A stretch of 64,000 nucleotides of DNA, taken from assembly GCF_006345805.1 (NCBI RefSeq), contig NC_043014.1, positions 1,116,001 to 1,180,000 of the forward strand, written 5' to 3'. The notes beneath the pieces were generated by a model. That model made no database searches, was not told where the DNA came from, and was given only the letters and a program-made list of their open reading frames with translations. The stretch is from Octopus sinensis (taxonomy: Eukaryota). This document shows, piece after piece, positions 26,311 through 41,000 of the stretch; position 1 is the stretch's first letter; the number at the start of each line of letters is the position of its first letter. The position numbers were made by a program, and so were the translations under genes.

Positions 26311-26712
26311 GGCTGCAGCATCCTTTCTGCTTTCCATGCTGGCATGGGTTGGATGAGTCATTATATTCTCATTGACAGACCCTGGCCCCTCAACCTGTCG
26401 TTTCGTTCGGCTCCCACGATTGGATGTCTTTCCTATTCTCAATCCCTTCATACATTCTGCTTGATGCCATTTTCTCGTGGCACCGAATCTAGAAAGGTCG
26501 ACACAGAATCAAAGAACGGCCACAGCCCTTCAGCTTCAGCTTCAATCACTGGACTGGGGGCCCTTTTTTTACGACACAAAAGGATAAGAGTGCCTTATGC
26601 ATAGGAAATGCGTGTACGTGTGTGTACGTGTGTATATATATATATGTATATGCATGCATACATGCATGTATGGATGTATGTACACATGCATGTGTGTGTA
26701 TGTATGTATGTA

Positions 26713-26743
<31 letters not shown>

Positions 26744-26744
26744 A

Positions 26745-27150
26745 TTCTTTTACTCTTTTACTTGTTTCAGTCATTTGACTGTGGCCATGCTGGAGCACTG
26801 CCTTTAGTCAAGCAACTCGACCCCCAGGGAGTTATTCTTTTGTAAGCCTAGTACTTATTCTATTGGTCTCTTTTGCCGAACTGCTAAGTAACGGGGACAT
26901 GAACACACCAGCATCGGTTGTCAAGCAATGATGGGGGAACAAACACAGACATACAAACATACACACACACATATATATATGCATATGCATATATACGACG
27001 GGCTTCTTTCAGTTTCCGTCTACCAAATCCACTCACAAGGCTTTGGTCGGCCTGAGGCTATAGTAGAAGACACTTGCCCAAGGTGCCACGCAGTGGGACT
27101 GAACCCAGAACCATGTGGTTGGTAAACAAGCTACTTACCACACAGCCACT
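26745..27150 (-). mobile_element. SINE family A copy
   Basis: Reverse-complement match to 19954-20370. Confidence 0.85.
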
Positions 27151-28811
27151 CAAAGCCTATGTATAGTGGTGTAACAAAAATATAAAACATACAAAGGAGA
27201 ACAAGATTTTGTTTTAAATCTTAATGAAAAAGAAAAATTAAAAAGAAAAATTAAAAAGAAAAACAAATAAAAATCTAAGAATTCCCATCTAATTCTTGTG
27301 TCACATGACCAGAGATTAATGAAAGAAAATGTTAATTTGATGTTAATCTGCAAAGCTTCATCTAAAGTGTTACCAAGAAAATATTTATAGAATTCACTAA
27401 GGACAACCAAGTCACCGGTTAATCTGTCAGGATAATTAGCATCACTAATTACTTTAACTTGACCTCATTCTGGATAATTGTCAATTAATCCGGCTTTAAT
27501 CTCCTGAAAATATTGCTGTCAGCTTCACTCATAAATCTCATCGATCCAAAACATCTCTGATGTTATATTCTTTGATGTAAAAGAGATCGGATATTTGGAT
27601 GGTCAGACATCAGAATCTGCCAGTCTCTAGTTCTCCTCATTTTTGCCTTGAGGCACAGAATCTATTTGACCCTTAAGTAGAGGGATTGGTTTACGTGACA
27701 CCCTCGCATATCCACACAATGGCAGGCGTATGTGGTACATTTCTGGGGGCTAACCCCTCCTCCAAGTCATGTATGCCTGAGTAACAGAACTATCTCCTGC
27801 TATTTGAGCCATAACAGGGGCCCTTAACAGATACCCTGACCCTACGTCAGAGCAGACCTGGAAGTAGTGATATCGAGGGAGTAACTCCACACCTTTCAAG
27901 ACTTGTGAACGCCCTAGCTGGAGCTTCATCACTGGATGTAGTTTAATGTCTTGCTCAGGACAAGACTGCCTTACCTGATCGCTACATTACATCTGGAGTG
28001 TAAAAGATCTGGCGATAAGGGTAGAGGCTAAACAGATGAACTTGGCTTCAGACATATGCTAGGATAGGACATCTGGAGACATCTGTAGTGGTTAGCACAA
28101 GCTCTTTGCCCAACTGTTTAGCATTTAAATTGGCCAATATATGGGTCAATATCCAGTCCAAATATTCTACCAGTTTTATGTTCTGGCTGGCCAGATCCAG
28201 CCTCTCACACCTACCTGACAATGTCATTCTAAAAATGAATAATCAGATCATTGAAATCTCAAAGCTATGAGATAATACAGGATTATTTCAAAATAATGTG
28301 AAGAAATATGCATTAGATTTGAGAGAGTAATCTGAACACTAAAGAGTTAAGACATGTCCAGACAGTTTTTTGGACACAGCCTGGACACAGCTGAAGACTT
28401 TCTTGACTTGATAGAAAAAGTTATCTCCCTTCCTTACCTACGGGGGGGGGGGCGTCGGGGGGGGGGGGGGTTCCTTTGCTTTTTATCCTTTTCTAATGTC
28501 CTTGACCCATTGACTGTGAAAATATTTCTTGTTTACATTAGAAACAATCTAGGTCGAACTTGCCAAACAAGGCAACTTCACTGGCCTTTGTTAGAAATGT
28601 TACAAAGCCTACTTAACGCACACACACACACACCATCGCCATCACGATCGTTACTTTAAAAATTAAGAAGTAATTATAAATATCACAAGCTGTTATATAA
28701 TAATTCAATACCAGGCTTACTGCTTGTCGATTTCTGCCAGTCCAGTGTGTATATGTGCGTTTCTGTGTATATATGTGTGTGTGAGTATATGATGCACACA
28801 CATACATCTAA

Positions 28812-29185
28812 ATAATAATAATGAAATTATTGTATACAGTGCTCAGGTGCACCACAACTTGTCAGAAAGTGTGTATAAAGCATCTGCAGTAATGTACAAA
28901 TGTCTGGGAAGTGAACAGTGTATGTGTCAGATACATGGTTGCGTGTGTATGGAGGGGAGAAAATCAAGTGTAGTGTTGGCGAATCTCAGGAAGCATGGAA
29001 GTTTTGAAGGATGCAGTGCTCCGACAACTAACAACTAATGCCGGCAGTTTGTTCCATGCTTCAGCAACTCTTAGCGTGAAAAAATGTTTCCGAAAGTCAT
29101 GGAAGGAGCTGTGCTGCTTTCTGACTTTGTAAACATGTCCATGGGTGTTAGACGGGTGGAGTTTGAAAAGGTGCTCAGAGTTATT
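28812..29185 (-). mobile_element. CR1-group LINE 3' end
   Basis: HGHVYKVRKQ..FRKHFFTLRVAEAWNKLPALVV..ASFK C-terminal motif; (ATT)n-like tail near 28812. Confidence 0.8.
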
Positions 29186-29193
29186 GTCTACAT

Positions 29194-29412
29194 CAGTGGT
29201 TTTCAACCAGGGTTCCGCGGAACCTTAGGGTTCTGCCAGTACAGTCCAGGGGTTCCGCAAGAAGTTACAAAACTGCTAAAATCGGTAGTAATTTTTAATT
29301 CTCCTGTGCAGATATGTGTGCATAAGACTATTAAATTATTGCACAGGAGTTCCTCAAGCCAGTGGAATGTTTCCTTGGGGTTCCACTCCAGCAAAAAGTT
29401 TGAAAAGCACTG
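29194..29412. mobile_element. hAT (Charlie-like) MITE
   Basis: TIRs CAGTGGTTTTCAA / TTGAAAAGCACTG; 8-bp TSD gtctacat / gtctatat. Confidence 0.85.
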
Positions 29413-29952
29413 GTCTATATACATCCTCATACATACTCACCCCCCACCCCACACACACAAGTGCAGATTTTGTTTTCCAGACGAGTCAGTTTATGGCTGC
29501 CAACAGTTCTTTTTCCCTACAAAGTCGTCCTTTGTTTAATCTTTTTGAATATTTGCAGTTTTAGATTCTGTTGAAAAATTAAACCTTATTTGTTTGTTTG
29601 TTTGTCTTTTGTTTTTAACTTTTATTCATCACAAGACAAGAGAAAATTACAAAAATCAGAAAATGATGGAAAACGTAAATTCTGTGAACTAAGCTCTCAT
29701 CTATTGAGGATCCTTGAGAAAAACTGGTGGGAATTGTTTGTGAAAATAGTTTCTCTGCAAAATAGAAACCCTGACCGTAATAAATATTAATGAATACATG
29801 AGATGAAAATAGGAAAACTGGAAATTAGTCAGGTTTAGGAAAATAGTGTATTGAAGAGAGAGCATGGCACTGGCAGGTGAAAATAGAAGCCATGATCTTT
29901 ATAGACTAAAACAGGACTAAAGTTGGTATTTGGGGCTGAACTATAGAAAAAT

Positions 29953-30171
29953 AAGGGGGTCCTGAAAGGTTCCTGGCTTTAAGGGTTTCACGAAAGGCCT
30001 GGTTGGATACCCAACCTTCTGAGTTCTTGTTACAGAGCTAAGAAAAACTGAAGGACCGCAGCAATAAGTGTGTGAATTTGAGAGGGGAATATGTTGAATA
30101 AAATCATAATTCAATGATTCTCCTGTATTTTCTTTTACCCAAAACCAGGAATTTTTCAGCATCTCCTTGTA
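29953..30171. mobile_element. Mariner-type MITE
   Basis: Imperfect TIRs AGGGGGTCCTGAAAGGTTCCTGG / CCAGGAATTTTTCAGCATCTCCTTGTA. Confidence 0.6.
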
Positions 30172-30346
30172 CTATGAAAGTGAAGAGAGAGAATATATTT
30201 GTTTGAGAAAAGTTGTGATGGGTTTTGGTAACGGAACAAGCATTAGAATTAATCAAAAATTGCAACCTTTTGTCTGATAAAAGAGAAATTATTAGAGCCA
30301 ATCTCCAAACATTTGCAACAATGTTTTGGTGATCAAAATACCAAAA

Positions 30347-31548
<1,202 letters not shown>

Positions 31549-32036
31549 TGATAAGAAACAGCAACTAAGGAAGGACAACTGGAACAGGAAGTTGGTGGAG
31601 GACAATAGACACACACACACACACACACACGCATGCACACACACACACACACACACGCACACATGCATGCACACACACACACATACAAACACACACACAA
31701 ACACAAACACACGCGCACGCACACACACACACACACACACGCACGCACACACGTGTTTGTGTGTGTGTAAGGAACAGGTTCACTCCCACATAATGTTTTC
31801 TTTTGTGTCCAAATAATAAAAATATTATTGCAGTTATCTCCTTTGCTCCTTGTTTCTGCTACGAAGGAATCTTTGCCGATTTGTCGAATTGCATCTAAAG
31901 TCTGTGACACACTCATTGCTTTTCAACTCAATCTGTAAAATATACGACCATATTGTGTTTATATTTAGTCTACAGAACAATCACCAGAGATACCTTGCCA
32001 CAGTCATGTTATAATGTGTGTGTGTGCGTGTGTGTA

Positions 32037-32074
<38 letters not shown>

Positions 32075-32257
32075 GGACTCCTTTCTGTCGCCATCTGCTA
32101 AATTCACTCACAAGTTTTTGGTCAACCTAGGACCAAAGTACTGAACCGTGGGACTGAACCTGGAACCATGTAGTTGGGAAGCAAACTTCTTAAACACACA
32201 CACACGCCCAAGACTCATATATGTATGTATGTGTGTACATGTATATATATATATATA

Positions 32258-35085
32258 TCATCATCATCATTTTACGTCTGCTTCCCATGCTGGCATGGGT
32301 TGGACCGGTTTGACTGGAGACTGGCAAACCTCTAGGCTGTACCAAGTTCCAATCTGATCTGGTATGGTTTTCTACAGCTGAATGCCCTTCCTAATGCCAA
32401 CCACTCTGAGAGTGTAGTGGGTGCTTTTTATGTGCCACCAGCGCAGGTGCCAGTCAGGTACTGCAATCGGCTATGACAATGATTTCACTTGACTCAATAG
32501 GTCTTCGCAAGCACAGTTCATTGCCCAATGATTGAAGGGTATCCTTAAATGGGCCGGTTATGCTACACTGGCATGGGCTACGGTTATGGTCTTGCTTGAC
32601 TTGCCGGATCTTCTCAAGCACATCATATCTCCAAAGGTCTCGGTCGCTTGCCATTGCATCCATGAGGCCCAACATTCAAAAGACATGCTTCACCACCTCA
32701 TCCTATGTCTTCCTGGGTCTACCTCTTCCACAGGTTCCCTCTGCTGTTAGGATGTGACACTTCTTCACACAGCTGTCCTCATCCATATGCAACACATGAC
32801 CATACCAATGCAATTGTCTCTTTTGCACACCACATCTGATGCTTCTTATGTCCAACTTTTCTCTCAGGGCACTTACACTCTGTTGTATATATATACACAG
32901 ACATTTCACTTCCAAAGGAACATACTAGCTTCATTTCCTGCAAGCTTATGCATGTCCTCAGCAGTTACAGCCCATGTTTCACTGCTATATAGCATATAGC
33001 ATGGCTGTTTGCCCATGTGAGTCATATAGTCTACCTTTCACTCTGAGTGAGAGGCCCTTTATTACCAACAGAGGTAGGAGCTCTCTGAACTTTACCCAGG
33101 CTATTCTTATTCAAGCAGCTACACTCTCAGAGCATCCACCCCCGCTACTAACTTGAATTCCTCTGTTATTGCCTGGAGGACTGTGATGAATAAGAGAGGG
33201 CTGAGGACTGATCTTTAGTGGACCCCTACTCCTACCTGGAATTCTTCACTATACTCATTGCCAAACCTCACCTTATTGATAGCATCCCTCGATATGGCTT
33301 TCATTAACCACTCATCTATCCCTAGTTTCCACATTGACCACTAGATAAGGGATCGGGGGGCCCTGTCAAAGGCTTTCTCCATGTCAACGAAAGCCAAGTA
33401 CAGAGGTTTATCTTTGGCAAGGTATTTCTCCTGCAGCTGCCTTACCAGAAATACAGCATCAATGGTGCTTTTTCCTGGCATGAACCCAAACTGCATCTCA
33501 TCTAGGCTGACTCTCCCCCTAATTAGTTGGGCTATGACCCTTTCTGTGACTTTCATTACCTGATCCAATAACTCGATACCTCTGTAATTATTCGTATCTA
33601 AAGTGTCACCTTTACCTTTGTAGCAGTTGACACCAGTCATTGGGTATGACTCCTTTGTGTATCACCTGATTGACTATACAGGTGACTAGGCTACAGCCGA
33701 CACTGCCAGATATTTTGAGCATCTCTGCGGTGATTCCTGATGGGCCGGGAGCTTTCCTGCCTTCATACCCTTAATTGCTTTATCTACGAAGGTACTGTCA
33801 ATTCGGATAGCTGGTCCCTCTGTTGGGTCGACATTCGGCAGACTCTCTTTCTCCCATTCATTCTCTTTATTTAGCAACCTTTCATAGTGGCATCTCCAAG
33901 TCTCTCTCTTCGCAGCATCACTAAATGCAAGTGAACCATCATCCATGTGGACCCATTTCTCTCTAATGAGATCATGATTCTCTCTCACACACTGTCTTGC
34001 AACACAAAACACTTCAAGTTTTTGGTCCTCACGATGCAGAACATTGGCAAATTTTATCTTATCTGCTTCTCCTCTGGCTAAATAAACCTGTCTCCTAGCT
34101 CCCCTTCTGGCAATCTGATACAGTTCTCTGCTACCACTGTTCTTTCAGTCCTTCTACACCTGTTTCATTTCCTTAATGGCCCTGTCAACTACATTGTTCC
34201 ACCACCACGTTACCTTGGGTCAAAAGGGGACTTGGCACCATCCACAGATCTGGTCAGTAGCCCTCAACAAGTTCTCCCATGGGAACCTCCAGTTGTCTTC
34301 CACATTATGTGATGCTATATCCTCCTCTATTTCGTCAAAAGCTTCAAGTGATACGTCTCTCAATATTTGTTCATTCACAGGATTCTTAAGCTTCCAGACC
34401 CTTCTTTTCCATGCTGGTCGTTTTTTGGGCACCCATTTAGCCCTGATCCTGAAGTCACTAACTGCTAATCTATGTTGTGGGGTGCATTCTTCACCTGGGA
34501 AGGTTTTGGCATTTATAAGTCGCTATCTTTCCCGTTTCCTAGAGAGGATGTAGTCAATCTGACTAGTGTGTCCAACAGAACTGTCGGAGAATGGGTGACT
34601 GGCAGGTTTCCTGAAATTAGTATTACAAACCATAAGATCATTTGCATCGCAGAACTCCAACAGCCTGGTTCCCTCCTCATTGCGGGAACCAAAACCGTAG
34701 CCACCATGGAAGCCCCCTGCATGTTGTCCAACATGTCCACTGAAGTTGCCAACCACAAAGAGACAGTCCCTGTCATTCGTCAATAGTAGTCTGCAAGAGG
34801 GTGTCATAAAATCGGTCTTTCTGTTCATCAGGTAGCCCTGGCTGAGGGGCATAAGCAGAGACAATGGTTGCTAATCCATGTTGCAGCACTAATCTAAGCT
34901 TAAGTATTCTATTACAAACCCTGACTACCTTGATTACCTTATCGACCCATTTCTGCGCAAGAAGTATACCCATGCCCCTGACCCCACCAGTGTTCCCTTC
35001 CCAGAAAATTTTACACCTATGTTCTTTGCCTGTGAGGAACCTAGCAGAACTTCCTCTCCACCTTACTTCTTGGATGCAGCATAAA
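32258..35085 (-). mobile_element. Decayed copy of the same RTE family (frameshifts, ~430-nt internal deletion)
   Basis: ORF fragments nearly identical to the 11969 ORF (CCIQEVRWRGSSARFLTGKEHR; NYRGIELLDQVMKVTERVIAQLIR; AFVDMEKAFDR), plus the 3' UTR and tail at ~32258-32450. Confidence 0.93.
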
Positions 35086-35153
35086 TCTACATATATATTT
35101 ATATGTGTGTGTGTGTGTGTATACATACATACATACGTACATACATACATTCA

Positions 35154-35186
<33 letters not shown>

Positions 35187-35233
35187 TCATACATGCATGC
35201 ATAAATACATACATACATACATACATACATACA

Positions 35234-35285
<52 letters not shown>

Positions 35286-35582
35286 AAGTGAGATAGGGGT
35301 TGTGAGTGTAACCCACTATGGGATAACATTTGGCCTTGGGATATATTATATAAGTAACACATTTATAACCACATATTACATTAATACATCTGACTAATAT
35401 GAGAATAATGAGATACTCTTATCTACATGGCTGAAACAGCTGTAAGATCCATTTTATATTTATTTATATGTATTGTTCTTATGGTATTATCTTACTCATT
35501 GATGTGTACTGTTTTATTCTGTATTATTTTGTTTGATCTGGATGTTCCTAAATAATTAGTTAATAGGTCTTTCCATGTGCCC

Positions 35583-35613
<31 letters not shown>

Positions 35614-35938
35614 CTATTATAGCCATCTGCAGAGCTTATATGCACAGATATACTCTCAAACCTGATTAACGGGTCATTAGGAGATGGAAACTGTGCAGAA
35701 ACTCGTCACGCACGCATACACACACACACACACACGTGTGTGTGTGTGTGTGTGTGTGATCAACATGTTACAGTGAGAATCGCTTGTTGTGTTAACCACA
35801 AACAGTTTCAAAATATCAAGACTTGAGCTGCCAACATTAAATTAAAAAAGGTCACACCCCACCCACATATTATAAGATGCCAACGAATCGAGATCGAACT
35901 TCCTCAGTTCCCTCTCTCTCTCATGTTCGATTTTGTTT

Positions 35939-36012
35939 ATTGCCTAGCAACGGTTGGCCACACCCTTAGCAACAGGTCGGGTCTAAATCTTATTTCGAGG
36001 CACCGCAGTATA

Positions 36013-36049
<37 letters not shown>

Positions 36050-36082
36050 TAATACAATCTTATATACACACACATCTTTAAA

Positions 36083-36127
<45 letters not shown>

Positions 36128-36600
36128 CCACACACACATACTCAGTCCCTCGCTCAATATACCGGAACTGTATCAACAATGCCTCATCAAAGATGTTTTC
36201 GGGTCTGACATCCGACACCGTTGACCAGCTGACCCAGCCTCACTAAATCCTTTACAAAACTAATTACAATCTTAATTAATTAGAACGTGAGTGTGAGTGT
36301 GTGTGTGTGTGTGTGTGTATAAGCTTTTGTGTGTATGTGTATGTGTTTTTATGTCTTGTGTGTAAGTGTATGTACATCTGTGTTGTGTGTATGTGCGTAT
36401 TTGATGGGTGTGTTTGTGTATGTTATGTTGTGCATGCGTGTGTATTGGTCGTGTGTGTGTCTGTGTGTGTGTGTTATGGCTATGAGTTGCCATATCAGCT
36501 GATTGGGGTGTGAGGTGGGTCAATCGAGGAAATCATTTTCGACCAATCAACGCCGAGCTGATCGTTTCTGCTGAGAATTATGAAGGAGCCAAGATGGCAG
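35939..36600. promoter_or_regulatory. Probable (bidirectional) promoter region upstream of the ZDHHC3-like gene
   Basis: Locally CpG-richer unique sequence. X-box-like ATTGCCTAGCAAC (35939-35951), second half-site CCTTAGCAAC (~35964-35973), ETS-like CCGGAA (~36162) and YY1-like CAAGATGGC overlapping the ATG. Confidence 0.5.
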
Positions 36601-36712
36601 TGTTTCGTTCCGACCCGTGCGGCATAGTGTGTTTACTAATCACTTACGGAGCCCTCCTCTACGCCGATTATGCCGTTGTCCGACACTTGGTCATCCCCGT
36701 GATGTCCGACAC
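36594..36712 (+). CDS. ZDHHC3: Palmitoyltransferase ZDHHC3/7-like, coding exon 1
   Basis: Translates MAVFRSDPCGIVCLLITYGALLYADYAVVRHLVIPVMSD(T). The DPCG...TY...YADY N-terminus/TM1 is typical of invertebrate ZDHHC3/7-like enzymes. Good Kozak context (AAGATGG); donor AC|GTAAGG at 36713, phase 2. Confidence 0.88.
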
Positions 36713-37982
36713 GTAAGGAGAAGTTTCTTTTTGCTCTTTCCCCCCCGTTTGCCCATTTTCTTTCCAACCCCGACTCGTGAAGGGCGACACAGAGAGAGAC
36801 TTTCATACAAACCCAGCCCAGCCTTTCCGAGACATGTGTGGGCGGACAGCAGCACAATAATAATGATCATAAACGATGGATTCTCGTTTACTTACGGGAC
36901 CACGTCCTTGTGTATTTGATGAGGCACTGGTAAATTAGAAATCGTGATCACCCCAGTATGTAACTGGTACTCGCGGACCCGGAAGGTTGAGAGAGAATGT
37001 CAACCCGGCCGCGATTTGAACTCATAACTTAAAAGATCGTTACTAAACAAAATCGCTGTCAGATATTTATAATACTCTGTCGCTGTATTAATTCTGTCCG
37101 TAAATAATTAAAATGATGATAGTTATAATAATTCTAGTTTAGACACAAGGCCAGTCATTTAGGGGGCGGGGGTCTTGTCGGTTCCTTCAGCCTAATGTAT
37201 GACTGGTACCTTATTTTTTGGCAATCATTATTGGTATTTGAACTCGGGGTCGTGTCGTTTGCTTTTCAACTAAATTGGAAATGTTTTTTTTGCTATAATT
37301 ATGTTTTATTTTAGAATCGTTGCTGTTTGATTGACGTTGTTGTTTATTCCGTCTTCACAAAACTATGTCCTGTGTGTATGTGTGTTTGTGTATACACACA
37401 TATGTATGTGTGTGTGTTTGTGTATACACATATATGTATGTGTGTACACATATATGTATGTGTGTATGTTTGTGTATACACATATATGTATGTGTGTATG
37501 TTGGTTAAAGATTGTTGTCTGCTCGGATTAGCAAAGTCCTCTCTATTAATCACGAGGATAAAAATGTGTGGCTTTACTCTCCGAGTCCCTTAATTACAGA
37601 GAAGTAAATGTCTTGGATGAGGAATTTTTAGATATTTGTTAAATGGCGAGAACATGACTCAGTGCTGAATTCCTTCGTTTCCATTCGATCGACGAACACT
37701 TTGGCAGAACACAAATTACATACTTAACCATTGGTACCTGTATACCTACATACACATACATACATTCAACGCACGTATATATCTACACACATTAGTCATA
37801 CATACATATATACATACACATATCTACATACGTATTATTTATTCCATTCATATTCAACACAATTATTACGATGTTCGATGTTGCTAATATAAAATATCAT
37901 GTGTGGGTGTTTACTAAATACTTTTCATGGCTATGGGCTCGTAACTAGAATCTCCAGCACTCGTCCACACACAGTCTTACAT

Positions 37983-38029
<47 letters not shown>

Positions 38030-41000
38030 CATAAATACACACTCGTTCACACCTGTCCTCACCTGCTTCTTTTCGGCCTGTCCTGTCTATCTTTCTACCT
38101 GTCACCTATCTTCGTGTGTAAATATGTTTACATATGTGCGTGGTGTGTGAATCTGAGAGGTGAATCTTTTTATTGCCTTCACAGTGTTTACCGTTTTACA
38201 AAATCAAGCGAGAAAACGGGACAAAACAGAGAACACAATTGAAAAAGATTAAAATGAAAAAAAAAAACCAGTTCAACACACACACATATTTTATATGGAC
38301 GGGAACCCTAAGGTAATCTCATAAACCGGCCTTCCCCATTTTTAATATATATATATGTATATATATGTATGGTCTCACTCAACTTTACCCGCCACTTCAA
38401 TCGTTGTAAATAATTATCTCAAGTGACACTCGATATGCATTAACGCTGCATCATATTGCACTTGAGTAATACTCAGAGAGAAATCACCCAAGTCAAAGGT
38501 TTACTCAAGGACAACTGACCTGGGATTCGCACTCAATAACAGTTCAGGCAGGAGTCACAAAATCGAACTAAAGATGGTGCCTCAGTTCGCTAGAAATAGC
38601 ACCCAAATCTCCTTCAGTTTATATCTTGCTGTCTTAAAAAAAGGGAGGGGCACGTTGGGTCACGAAGTCTTGTATGCATTGTGAATTGAAATAAGAGTCG
38701 GAGTGGTGGTCACGCTTGAAATGGCTTCGCTCATAGATCTGAGTTTATGCGGCAACAAAACAATAATTGTAACAGCACGAACAACAATAACGACTGTGTT
38801 TGCAGCGTAGGTAGGTGTGTACGTGACTGAGTGAATGTGTGTGTTTAATGCTCTTCGTGTGTGTGTACATGGGATTACGTCCATAGTGTGTATGCGTTTG
38901 GGCACGTGTGTGTGTGTGTGTAACGTAGTTTGACGAGTGTGTAGGGAGTGTATATGAACTGTGTAGATGCACGTAGTGTTTATATGTACGTAATGCATAC
39001 ATGTATGTTGTGTATGGTTGTATATGTACGTATACGTTTGTATACATTCATGTTAGTATTTTTTTGGCGCAGTTTCGAAAGAGATGTCCTGACCTCAGGT
39101 CATATGCGTAGTGCACCTCTGTGCTTTGTGTGTGTGTGTGTACAGGGCTGTCTTAAGGTATAAACACATTGGCCAGTTACCCAGGGCCCTTACGGGTGGA
39201 GAGGCCCAATTCCGATCTCTGTATTCTGTGGTTTATTGTCAATATATAGGGTCCAGCGTGTTGATTTCCTCCGGGGCCCATAATGCTGCCTTGACTGAAA
39301 ACAACAGTTTAACTGTAGCAGTTGATGACCTCTCACAAATGTTTATCATTTTCCATTTAAATTGATTCACGTTTGATCGACATGTTTTTCTCCTCCCTCA
39401 GCTCGCACTCCAACCATGACCATCCCAATCTTTTTATCAAACATGGTGTCTTTAGGATCACATTACCAAATGTATCTGAATGGTTAGATTGTGAGTTCAA
39501 ATCCGGTCAGGGTCAACGTTGCCTTTCACAATTCTTGGGGTCGATAAAATAAAGTACTGATCAGGTACTGGGGTTGATTTAAATGATGAACCCCCTCCTC
39601 CTAAAAGTACTGGCCCTGTTCCTAAATTAGTTACAGTTACCTAGGTGCAGGCAGAGCTGTGCAGTTAAGAAGATCATTTCTGAACCATGGGGCTTCAGGT
39701 TCAATCTCTTTGTGCAGCGTCCAGGGCAAGCGTCTTCTATCATAGCCTTGGACTGACCAAAGCCTTGGGAGTGGATTTGGTCAATGGAACCTAAAAGAAA
39801 CCCACTGTGGGCATATACATGTGTATATATACCTGTATGTACTTATGTATGTGTGTGTTTGTGCATGTCACTGTCTCATATATGCATATATATATGTTTA
39901 TATATGTTCATAAATGTGTTACTGTCTCTTTGACCTCATGTGATAGTTGTAAACGAATGTCACCGTTATACAAGCAGTGTCCTTCATTTCCAATTCTCAG
40001 TGAAAACCTGTCTGGTCATAGGGAAATATTGCCCTGTTTCAAAACAGGTGAGGATTGCTGGCAGAAAGGGCATCTGATTACAGAAAATCTGGCTGAATGA
40101 ATATCATCCAGTCCATCCAAGCATGGAAAATTGGACATTGGACAGGATGATGATGATGATGATGATATCTGATGTGTTCTTTCTTTTTGTTGTTGTTGCT
40201 GTTTAACCCTAAGGCAGATGCGTCGAGCAGTCCCCAACCCCACCTCCCCGATTAAAGATGCTTAAAGAGTAATTGACCTGGCTTTTATTCAGGTGTTGTT
40301 TTATCTGAGATTAGATTAATTTTTCTCAAGACCATTGTGTATCCGTGAGAGAGAGAGAGAAAGAGGGTGAGTGGGGGGATTTTACTACTGAAGGACAGGT
40401 AAAGAGAGATTTAGCAATAAAACATATTGAAAGACACAGAAAAGTTGTTTAGAACTGGAAAGGCATGGTTGGAATTACAATAGCTTGTCTGTTATTTAAG
40501 TCTCTTCCCATTGACTAATGGTAATCTAGTCAAACCTGTCTTACCATTAAAATGGAGAACTGTGGGAACATTGCTCCACTGGTGTCTCTTGGCTCAGAGA
40601 AGAAGCGCTTTTTACACATATACACTCACACATACTCATGCAAACACACACACATACACACACATATTTATTTATAGACACACACTTGCACCTTTATATC
40701 TCTCTCTAGTTATTTGTGTACACACACTCACACACACACACCATGGGCTTCTGCACAGTTTTCACCTACCAAATCACCTCACAAGATATTGGTCATCCTT
40801 TGGTTATAGTAAAAGACACTGAGCAAGAGTTCCATGCTGCTGGACTGAACATGAAACCACATATTTTAAAGGAAACTTCTTAACCATCCCTCTGTGTAAA
40901 TATTTTTTTCTTTATTGCCCACAAGGGGCTAAACACAGAGGGGGGCAAACAAGGACAGACAAAGGAATTGAGTCGATTACATCGACCCCAGTGCGCAACT

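Noticed and set aside
25601-26604. Poly-D/H/I/V ORFs
   Set aside because: Trinucleotide low-complexity DNA open in many frames on both strands, ending in an RTE-tail fragment.
36510-36593. N-terminal extension of the ZDHHC ORF in the ORF track
   Set aside because: Begins at a non-ATG codon; family similarity and Kozak context start at ATG 36594.
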